Source: Patescibacteria group bacterium (GTDB lineage Bacteria > Patescibacteriota > Microgenomatia > Levybacterales > UBA12049). Taken from it: DNA of 64,000 nt. Below, in pieces: positions 57,068 through 64,000 of this stretch. The notes beneath the pieces were generated by a model. The model had not been told where the DNA came from. It ran no database searches and saw only the letters and a program-made list of their open reading frames with translations. The position numbers and the translations under genes are program-made. The number at the start of each line of letters is the position of its first letter. Positions within the stretch are counted from its first letter, which is position 1. The DNA lies in NCBI GenBank assembly GCA_035457005.1, contig DATICB010000011.1:4098-68097 (forward strand). Direction: 5' to 3'.

Positions 57068-57658
57068 CTACGTTTTAACTCCTAAAATAATTGTCCAGAA
57101 GAAAGGAATAGAAATAGCTTGTATTTTTATTTTTTCACTCACAAATTTCTGAAACCCCAAAAAAGACCAATGATTAATATGTTCGATATCATTACCAAGT
57201 CGGGACCAATTTTTTCCCCTTAGTAGTTGTGCCAACATAAAAAATGGTTCATTTGGGACAGAAAGAAGTATATATTTTTTACTAACCCTAACGAGTTCTG
57301 CTAATGCCTTTTTTGGATCTTCCATGTGCTCCAAAACTTCGGTGCACAGTACAAGGTCAAATGCACTGTCTTTGTACGGGAGTTCGTAAATACTGCCTTG
57401 CTTTATAAGCAAATCAGGATACTGCTTTTTGCCAAGTTTTATTGCTTTTTCCTGGTATTCAATGCCTTCCAATTTTTTACCAATGTGTGCTTCTTGCAGC
57501 TTGTGTAATGTAAATCCTTCACCACATCCAACATCCAGGATTGAACCATTGGGAACAAGTTTGAGCAAACGAAAAACATGTTTGTAGAAATTATCCAGGA
57601 GAAATCGTTGGATTGGATTGCGATGGGTATGTTTGCGAAAATTATCGGTTACTTCCAT
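57068..57658 (-). CDS. Class I SAM-dependent methyltransferase
   Basis: ILDVGCGEG, EVLEH. Confidence 0.9.
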   Translation of the reverse strand: MEVTDNFRKHTHRNPIQRFLLDNFYKHVFRLLKLVPNGSILDVGCGEGFTLHKLQEAHIGKKLEGIEYQEKAIKLGKKQYPDLLIKQGSIYELPYKDSAFDLVLCTEVLEHMEDPKKALAELVRVSKKYILLSVPNEPFFMLAQLLRGKNWSRLGNDIEHINHWSFLGFQKFVSEKIKIQAISIPFFWTIILGVKT

Positions 57659-57746
57659 AAAACATCATTCATTATAGCATGAATGTGTCAATAAATACGC
57701 ATTACATATGCATTGATATACAAAGTCTTTTGCGATGTAATTTCTG

Positions 57747-57917
57747 TCATGGAACGTGCTTTACCAAAACGCTGCGCTGAGCCGCAAATACAGCTAGCAT
57801 TCCAAACGCAATCAGAAAAACCTGCAATACTCCTGACAGGTACCTTGAGTAATTGGATTGATAATCAGTTGGCAAGAGATAGAAGGTGTGCGCGACATGG
57901 AAATTGCGTAAATGCAT
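57747..57917 (-). CDS. Possible 56-aa single-TM protein
   Basis: Hand-translated MHLRNF...GVLQVFLIAFGMLAVFAAQR; TATAGT upstream. Confidence 0.35.
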   Translation of the reverse strand: MHLRNFHVAHTFYLLPTDYQSNYSRYLSGVLQVFLIAFGMLAVFAAQRSVLVKHVP

Positions 57918-58053
57918 GTCTTGGGAGAAATAGCACTATACAATCTTGTAATCATTGTTTAAAAAGGAGCTGCTAGGCAGATACTAATCTTCATTGTACT
58001 CCACTCATCTTGAGCCACAAAAGATCTTAAGGAAGTTAATTAAAAACTTAGTG

Positions 58054-58091
58054 AGCGGGCGATGGGAATCGGACCCACTACCTTCTCCTTG
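58054..58091 (-). other. tRNA-Gly 3' half fragment (probable att site)
   Basis: CAAGGAGAAGGTAGTGGGTCCGATTCCCATCGCCCGCT; no 5' half adjacent. Confidence 0.8.
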
Positions 58092-58358
58092 AAAGTTGCG
58101 GGTTGATCTCCAACATGACCTTTCTTAGCTTCATAATAACAACAGGGGGTAGGTGTGTAAATAAGTGGATATTAGTAAGTACAGTATCAATCCATACCAA
58201 AATTTACTCGAAGCTAAAAACCTTGGAAAATACTGGAAATGAAACTCTTTTTATATGTGCGGATTTATTCAACTCTTTTTTTCATTTTGAAGCTAGACTA
58301 CATAGAAAAATGTCAACTGAATTGACTTTTTTTACTGTGACGGAAAACTCAACTATTC

Positions 58359-58616
58359 TCAACTAATTTCCTCATGTCGGAAGTACACATACATGTCCAA
58401 CAATTCTTCTTTCGAGTAGCACAAAGATTCATTGAAAAACGTGGAAAGCTCTCCTTGCTTGTCTAATGCCCTTCCATAACTTATCCGAAGACATGCTGTC
58501 ATTGATTCTGTCCAAATTAACGTGCGTAAATGTGTGGTAAATTCACGAGACTTATGAGTTGATACCTTACTAACTGTCTTTCCATTCTCTAAAATTTTGA
58601 GCGTGTAATTTTTCAT
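58359..58616 (-). CDS. Hypothetical island protein
   Basis: 85-aa ORF co-oriented with upstream island genes. Confidence 0.55.
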   Translation of the reverse strand: MKNYTLKILENGKTVSKVSTHKSREFTTHLRTLIWTESMTACLRISYGRALDKQGELSTFFNESLCYSKEELLDMYVYFRHEEIS

Positions 58617-58761
58617 ATTTGTATCGTTTTAAAATCCACCATTTTCCACCTTTTTCTTATGTCATATATGTCATAGTTCTTACCCCACTTAGTAAAACTT
58701 AGCTATGTTACCTATATAACGAGTACATATATGTTTAATTTCATATAAGACAGAAAGCATA

Positions 58762-59046
58762 TTAGTCTTCATTTATTACCTCCTGTATTTGTTGGGTGTT
58801 GAACTTGTTGAGTATTTCTTTTTGTATTTCTTCCCAATCTGCTTCGTTATCAGTTTTGAATAACGGTCGCCAAAATCTTCCTCCAGCTAAATAACTTGGA
58901 GGAGTGACATATTCTTTATGTGTTTCAGGATCTTGAATAACTTTGAATCCTTTTAGAAGAAACCCTTCAAAATGCACATCTGCTCGTGCAACAACTTTCC
59001 CCCCTCCTGCTTTTACGATTGTTACTTCAATAATTTTCATATTCAT
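58762..59046 (-). CDS. SpoVG-like nucleic-acid-binding protein
   Basis: VVARADVHFEGFLLKGFKVI...YVTPPS pattern. Confidence 0.7.
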   Translation of the reverse strand: MNMKIIEVTIVKAGGGKVVARADVHFEGFLLKGFKVIQDPETHKEYVTPPSYLAGGRFWRPLFKTDNEADWEEIQKEILNKFNTQQIQEVINED

Positions 59047-59060
59047 GCCTAAAAACTTGA

Positions 59061-59306
59061 TTAAACTTGATTTTTCTCGTACATCCGGTCTTTGACCAAT
59101 TTTGAATTAAGAAGCACTATGCGGGGATCGAGGCGTAATTTCCCTTGGAAGTAGTTTTCGGACTGCTGTAAAATCTCTGGTGTACTTTCAAATTCAAAGA
59201 TGAACCTGCGAGAGTCAGATTTATTAACTTTTACTAACTGGAAGCCTAACGCACAAAGTGTAATTGTTTGGTGGAAATCCGAGGTCTCGAAAATCTTCAT
59301 GTTCAT
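59061..59306 (-). CDS. DUF5659-like small protein
   Basis: FETSDFH..L.ALGF.L..V.K....FIFEF pattern; start trimmed to MNMK. Confidence 0.6.
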   Translation of the reverse strand: MNMKIFETSDFHQTITLCALGFQLVKVNKSDSRRFIFEFESTPEILQQSENYFQGKLRLDPRIVLLNSKLVKDRMYEKNQV

Positions 59307-59389
59307 ACGAAAAGAATAGTTGAAATTCGTTTGGTTGTATAAAACGGTCAACTGTTAAACACCTGATTAACAGTAATGTGTTTAAATCT

Positions 59390-60139
59390 TTATTTAGAAG
59401 AGGAAATTAAGGCTAAAATCGCTGGAACAGTTTTGCTCCAGTTTTTGTGAAGTGTACGCTTAATATCTTTCTTGAATCTACTGATTAAGGAGCCTATTAT
59501 TTCATAGTCTGGACTAAATGAAAGTTTTCCCTTATATCTTTTTTCGACTTTTTCTGCAATCTCTACAAGACTAGCACCTTGTATTTGTAGCTTAAGCATG
59601 TATTTTTTAACCTCAATGCCCTCAATCTTAATTCTGGGACTTTCTGATAATGTTTCTAGGTATTTTCCTATTCGTTTGTGGTCTTCACGTATAAATTTCT
59701 GAACATTCCTTAAAGACATTTTTTCTCTAATGATAATCTGGACTTCTCCATCTCTAAAAATTGTTTCAATGGGTAGAAGGTCTAAGTAGGGATAAAAGGA
59801 TGTATTGTCAATAATAATACTATGGAAAAAATTTTCCCAACCATTAGGTAGCATAAATAAACTTTTAAGTAAAACGCTGAATTGGTCTATTAGGTCACTT
59901 TGTTTTGATAAAAAATCAATGCCTTTTTCCTTGTACTGTTTTCTTTCCCATAACTGATACTCGACAATACTAGGAAATCCTTCTTCAGGAAAGCCAAGAG
60001 ATTCACGTATTATGGCAAGCAATTTTATAAACTCCTCATCGACCTCTAGCAGATTTATAAACTTTTCACTATCTCTTGTGAATGTATCAGGCCTTGGATA
60101 AGTGGAAGAGCCTTCGTGTACCTTAATTTTCATATTCAT
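59390..60139 (-). CDS. Hypothetical protein, possible C-terminal HTH
   Basis: 249 aa; GASLVEIAEKV segment. Confidence 0.6.
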   Translation of the reverse strand: MNMKIKVHEGSSTYPRPDTFTRDSEKFINLLEVDEEFIKLLAIIRESLGFPEEGFPSIVEYQLWERKQYKEKGIDFLSKQSDLIDQFSVLLKSLFMLPNGWENFFHSIIIDNTSFYPYLDLLPIETIFRDGEVQIIIREKMSLRNVQKFIREDHKRIGKYLETLSESPRIKIEGIEVKKYMLKLQIQGASLVEIAEKVEKRYKGKLSFSPDYEIIGSLISRFKKDIKRTLHKNWSKTVPAILALISSSK

Positions 60140-60296
60140 TCAGCTTGAATATATATCTTTTCCGAGTTTTCCGCCACTAATAAAACTACAAATCTGACAG
60201 GCATAAAAAAGTTAACAATAGTTGACAAACTGGACAACATAAAAAGGGGTTGAGACTAATATCGCCGCTTTAGGATATAATTACAGCATAAGCTAA

Positions 60297-61655
60297 ATGA
60301 AACTGTTTACTAGAGTAAAAATAGGATTTAAAGAAATAAGGTCTCCTTTTTTTGTGGGTATAGGTGCGATTATTCTTGGTGCATTTATTTATTTTGTTCA
60401 ACTTAAATTTATGCTCAATATTACCCATGGATTTGAATGGCTAATCTTTGCAATAGGTATTCTTTTCGCTTTCGCATCTTTTTTTGTTTTTATCAATAAA
60501 ATTGTACCATTAGTAAAACTTCTTATTAACTTCGCTGTAGGTTTTGTAGTAAGTATTTTTGTCTTTCTAGCCACTATTCCATTCCTTATTTCCACAGCAA
60601 ACGTTACACAGGAGAGACTTACCGCAATCGGAAATGCAAACATGTATCGAATTGTTTTGTTTTACGGATTTTTCTTAGTAAGCGTTGCACTTTTATCTTA
60701 TTTCTTTAAAAGAATTAGATTTTTTGTGATAGCTATTTTTGTTTATTGGGTGTTAGGAACTGGATTGGTCTTTGGATTAACTCATACTAATCCATTTTTT
60801 AAAAATACTAATGACACAATAGCCACCACCCATAATGAAAAATTTCCTGTAGAACAACTTGCTCTAAAAAATGTTCAATGGCAAAATGGAATTTTGTCGG
60901 GAGATGTACTAAATAAAAGCAAGGATAAAGTTTTTAACATAAAGATTCAACTAACTGTAAGTAAAACAAGAAATAAATGGGAAATTGGAACTCAAGATTT
61001 TGCTTTAATTCCCTTTATTATCAATCCAAATGACACTTTTCATTTTGATGAAAGCATTAAGCCATCTCAAGTAAATCCATGGTGGACTACGCAAGTTATT
61101 TCTGCCGAGTATTACACAGGTCAACCAATCGTTTACCCCACATATCCTGTAACACCAACAGTACATATTGCCAATAACTATCAACAACCTACTAATAATG
61201 ATGAACAACCATGGGGAATAGCAAAACAGATTGATGAACATACTTGGACAATGAAGGTTGGTCAAGATGATCGAATGGCTACAGCTCAGGAAATATATGA
61301 TGCCCTCAACGCTTACAGACAAAGAAATGGAGTAGGCAGACTAGGCTGGAATGATCATTTGGCATCTTATGCATTAACAAGAGCAGCATATTTTGAACAA
61401 AGAGGTGGCCTAGATGGACACGCAGGTTTTATTGAATACACGAAAAGCATTGATAATTTGAAATCTTTGGGATTTTGGGGAGTTGGGGAAAACTCTGCCT
61501 ATGGGTACAGAATGTTAGGCGTACATTTAATTGAATGGGTGTATGCAGGAGATAAACCTCATGATGATAACCAAAAGGACCCAAAATGGACCAGTGTTGG
61601 AATAGGAGTGAGCGGCAATAGTAACGACCTTATCTTTGGAACTAACGGGATGTAA
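60297..61655 (+). CDS. Multi-TM protein with C-terminal CAP/SCP domain
   Basis: About 5 TM; LNAYR..LGWNDHLA..H..GEN.A..W..H.DN..VGIG. Confidence 0.8.
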   Translation: MKLFTRVKIGFKEIRSPFFVGIGAIILGAFIYFVQLKFMLNITHGFEWLIFAIGILFAFASFFVFINKIVPLVKLLINFAVGFVVSIFVFLATIPFLISTANVTQERLTAIGNANMYRIVLFYGFFLVSVALLSYFFKRIRFFVIAIFVYWVLGTGLVFGLTHTNPFFKNTNDTIATTHNEKFPVEQLALKNVQWQNGILSGDVLNKSKDKVFNIKIQLTVSKTRNKWEIGTQDFALIPFIINPNDTFHFDESIKPSQVNPWWTTQVISAEYYTGQPIVYPTYPVTPTVHIANNYQQPTNNDEQPWGIAKQIDEHTWTMKVGQDDRMATAQEIYDALNAYRQRNGVGRLGWNDHLASYALTRAAYFEQRGGLDGHAGFIEYTKSIDNLKSLGFWGVGENSAYGYRMLGVHLIEWVYAGDKPHDDNQKDPKWTSVGIGVSGNSNDLIFGTNGM

Positions 61656-61786
61656 AGCTTAAAAAAGTTAATAATTTCTAACCTTATAGTTTTTGTCTTA
61701 GCTTCAGATGTATTTTCACAATTTTTCTCAGGCACGATTTCACGTCGCATACCAATGATTGTACGACGCTGTAAAAATTTCTAGAT

Positions 61787-63412
61787 TTGATATACTACAG
61801 CAATATGTCTATCAATAAACAAAGCTATGAGAATTTATTAGAAAACCTAAGAGTAGGCAATTCAATAGCGGAGAAAGATTTACTACTAGAAGCAGCAAGG
61901 GTCGAAACCCCTGTTTTCTTAGGTGTATTAAACGATGACTACGACATAATTCTTGGTAGAAAAGGAGCTGGAAAAACAGCAATTTTTAGACTTATTGGAA
62001 GCATGTCTCCATTTCTATTAGGTAAAAACATAGTAGTTCTAAGTGGGGTCAACAGTACAGGTGAATCAATTTTTACCCAATACAAAGAAAAGTTCAAAGA
62101 ATTCTCACAAGAGGAATTTGAGAATTTTTGGAAATTATATATCTTATCTTTAATATACAATCAATTCATTAAAGATCCCTTCTTTAGTGATAAACTAACA
62201 GCTTTTGAAAAAGAAATTGGCGATTTTAAAAATGAATGTTCAAAAGCAGGGGTTCCTAATATACCTGCTCAATTATCAAGAGAGCAGATTCTTGAATGGG
62301 TAATGAATTTATTTAGAAATATAAAGGGAATTAAAAAAGTGAAACTTCCGTTAGCAGTAACAGTGCCTAATCAAGCCACAATTTTTTCGGCTTCACCTGA
62401 AATAGAATTTAAATCAAAAGAAATGGATCAACTGGAACAACAAGCGATCTATGTCCACAATATTGGAAAAGCTCTAGCAAATTTGTTAAAAAACAGTGGT
62501 TTCAAACTTTGGATTATTCTAGATCGATTAGATGAAGTTTTTCAGAGGTATTCAAAAATAGAATTTTGCGGGTTAAGAGGATTACTGCTGGCGTATAAAA
62601 GTTTCGACATTGATGAAAGTAGTGACATTTTTAGAATTAAACTCTTCTTAAGAGATGATATTAAAAGTTTTTTAACAGATAGCACTATTTACAAAAAACA
62701 TTTTAAAAATGAAATTCCTGCACTCCCTGCAGCTACACATATATTCGCAAAAGAATCGCCCACACTTAGTTGGAATGAAGACGAAATTCAACAATTAATC
62801 CTTAATAGATTAATTTTAAACAATAAACTAATAAGAGATTATTTAGGTATAACTGATAAATACTCAATGACAAATCCCTCCAAACTTGACGAAGTTCTAA
62901 AAAATGAATTAAGAGATAAACATGTTAGATTAGAATACTGGAATAAAATATTTCCCAAAAAAATTTCATCCTCTGATTCACTTAAATGGATTTTTACAAG
63001 ACTAAAAGACTCAAATGACGTTGTTACACCTCGAAGTGTAATTGATATGCTTGAAGGAGCTATTAGCTATCTAAAAAGAAAAATTCAAACTAATTTCGAA
63101 GACTCAGTCACGATTTTCCCTGTGGACTCAATAATTGAAGGTCTGAAAACTGCTTCAAAATATAAACTAGAAAAAGATGTCTATAATGAATTTCCAAAAG
63201 AACAGGAAGCTATAAAAAAATTAAGTAGCTTTGGAAAGTATAAATTGAAAGGCAAGGACTTAGAAAAACTATTTGGAAATAAGTGGAGAGAAATAGTCGA
63301 GGACTTAAAAAGAATTGGGATAATAAAATACATCATATACTCAAAAGAGTATAGTATTGCTTATATTTTTAGACCTGCAATGGGTATTTCATACAAAAAC
63401 TATACAGGGTAA
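61787..63412 (+). CDS. P-loop ATPase (Sll1717/FunZ-like); start may be 61805
   Basis: Walker A GRKGAGKT, Walker B WIILDRLDE, FLRDDI, TPRSVI. Confidence 0.8.
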   Translation: MIYYSNMSINKQSYENLLENLRVGNSIAEKDLLLEAARVETPVFLGVLNDDYDIILGRKGAGKTAIFRLIGSMSPFLLGKNIVVLSGVNSTGESIFTQYKEKFKEFSQEEFENFWKLYILSLIYNQFIKDPFFSDKLTAFEKEIGDFKNECSKAGVPNIPAQLSREQILEWVMNLFRNIKGIKKVKLPLAVTVPNQATIFSASPEIEFKSKEMDQLEQQAIYVHNIGKALANLLKNSGFKLWIILDRLDEVFQRYSKIEFCGLRGLLLAYKSFDIDESSDIFRIKLFLRDDIKSFLTDSTIYKKHFKNEIPALPAATHIFAKESPTLSWNEDEIQQLILNRLILNNKLIRDYLGITDKYSMTNPSKLDEVLKNELRDKHVRLEYWNKIFPKKISSSDSLKWIFTRLKDSNDVVTPRSVIDMLEGAISYLKRKIQTNFEDSVTIFPVDSIIEGLKTASKYKLEKDVYNEFPKEQEAIKKLSSFGKYKLKGKDLEKLFGNKWREIVEDLKRIGIIKYIIYSKEYSIAYIFRPAMGISYKNYTG

Positions 63413-63418
63413 TTTTTA

Positions 63419-64000
63419 TCAATATTCAAATTTAATTAGTAATTCTTTTTGCTCCAATTTTTTTTCAATATTAACTGAAATCCTAGAATCATATTTAAAA
63501 TAATCGTTTAAAATTTTTTGGAAATTTTCAAGCACTTGTTCTGGTGATAAACCATTAAGTACGATTGATTGCTTTCCGTTTAAGATTAAGGATAGATCCA
63601 CAACATTTAAGTGTGTGTACGTCTTGTCTGTAATCTCAACGCTGCTATGTCTCAACAGTCGAGAAACCATCTGAATTGGCACGCCATTCTTTACCAGACT
63701 TGAAGCGAATATATGTCGAAGTGAATGATTTGTGAGCTTTACAGGCATTCCTAGAGCCTTTGCACCACGTTGTAGAACTTCGTTGCATGTTTTTTCAGTG
63801 ACTTCAAAGACTCTATCTCTTTCTAGCCTTGTCTTGAGTTCCTCAATCATATCTTTTGGTAAGGGGAGAATCTCTCGATTACCGCCCTTACTGATAACCC
63901 AAAAGGTTGGTGGATTGTCGAATAAATTAAGATCGGAACCCTTTAGTGTAATTGCTTCGTTTATTCTTAATCCTGTACGCAGAATAAAGCGGAGACATGC
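63419..64000 (-). CDS. Tyrosine recombinase/integrase, 5' part outside window
   Basis: Frame open to the edge: TGLRINEA, SKGG, HSLRH, LLRHSSVEITDKTY. Confidence 0.92.
   Translation of the reverse strand, partial: ACLRFILRTGLRINEAITLKGSDLNLFDNPPTFWVISKGGNREILPLPKDMIEELKTRLERDRVFEVTEKTCNEVLQRGAKALGMPVKLTNHSLRHIFASSLVKNGVPIQMVSRLLRHSSVEITDKTYTHLNVVDLSLILNGKQSIVLNGLSPEQVLENFQKILNDYFKYDSRISVNIEKKLEQKELLIKFEY

Larger units (their letters stand above)
58054..64000. mobile_element. Tyrosine-integrase genomic island inserted at tRNA-Gly (continues beyond window)
   Basis: tRNA fragment boundary, visibly AT-richer accessory ORFs, integrase at the distal end. Confidence 0.75.

Noticed and set aside
57713-58366. 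Plus-strand ORFs 57713..57976 and 58103..58366
   Set aside because: TTG starts, no recognisable motifs; likely spurious around the att site.
1-64000. Alternative genetic code (UGA recoding as in Gracilibacteria)
   Set aside because: Conserved genes are full length under code 11 and several end in TGA (obgE, yvcK-like).

Overview
Chromosomal segment of a Patescibacteria/CPR bacterium, most likely Microgenomates (possibly Levybacteria-like; inferred from gene content and style). Housekeeping genes: frameshifted uvrC, secG, yvcK-like, greA, dinB, typA, thiN, obgE, gpmA, sodA, a DEAD-box helicase and a two-component pair. It also holds eight intact tRNA genes, three sortases with Thr/Pro-rich LPxTG-like substrates (one a 1965-aa repeat adhesin) and several GT-C glycosyltransferases. 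At the right end is a tyrosine-integrase island bounded by a tRNA-Gly 3' fragment. The main unexplained structure is a set of stand-alone small GIY-YIG nuclease genes. Three sit beside tRNA genes (Arg, Leu/Pro, Gln) together with duplicated tRNA fragments that break in tRNA loops, and with short REP-like hairpins, five of which carry a 3' YRAR tail. This suggests a tRNA-targeting GIY-YIG/hairpin selfish element. Also notable: many start codons lie 6 nt after a -10 box (leaderless architecture); there is a recurring class of Arg/Gly/Pro-rich micro-ORFans, each with its own sigma70 promoter; and a VLGA(S/T) motif is shared by three sortase-locus proteins. Family assignments come from motif recognition by eye; no database searches were run.
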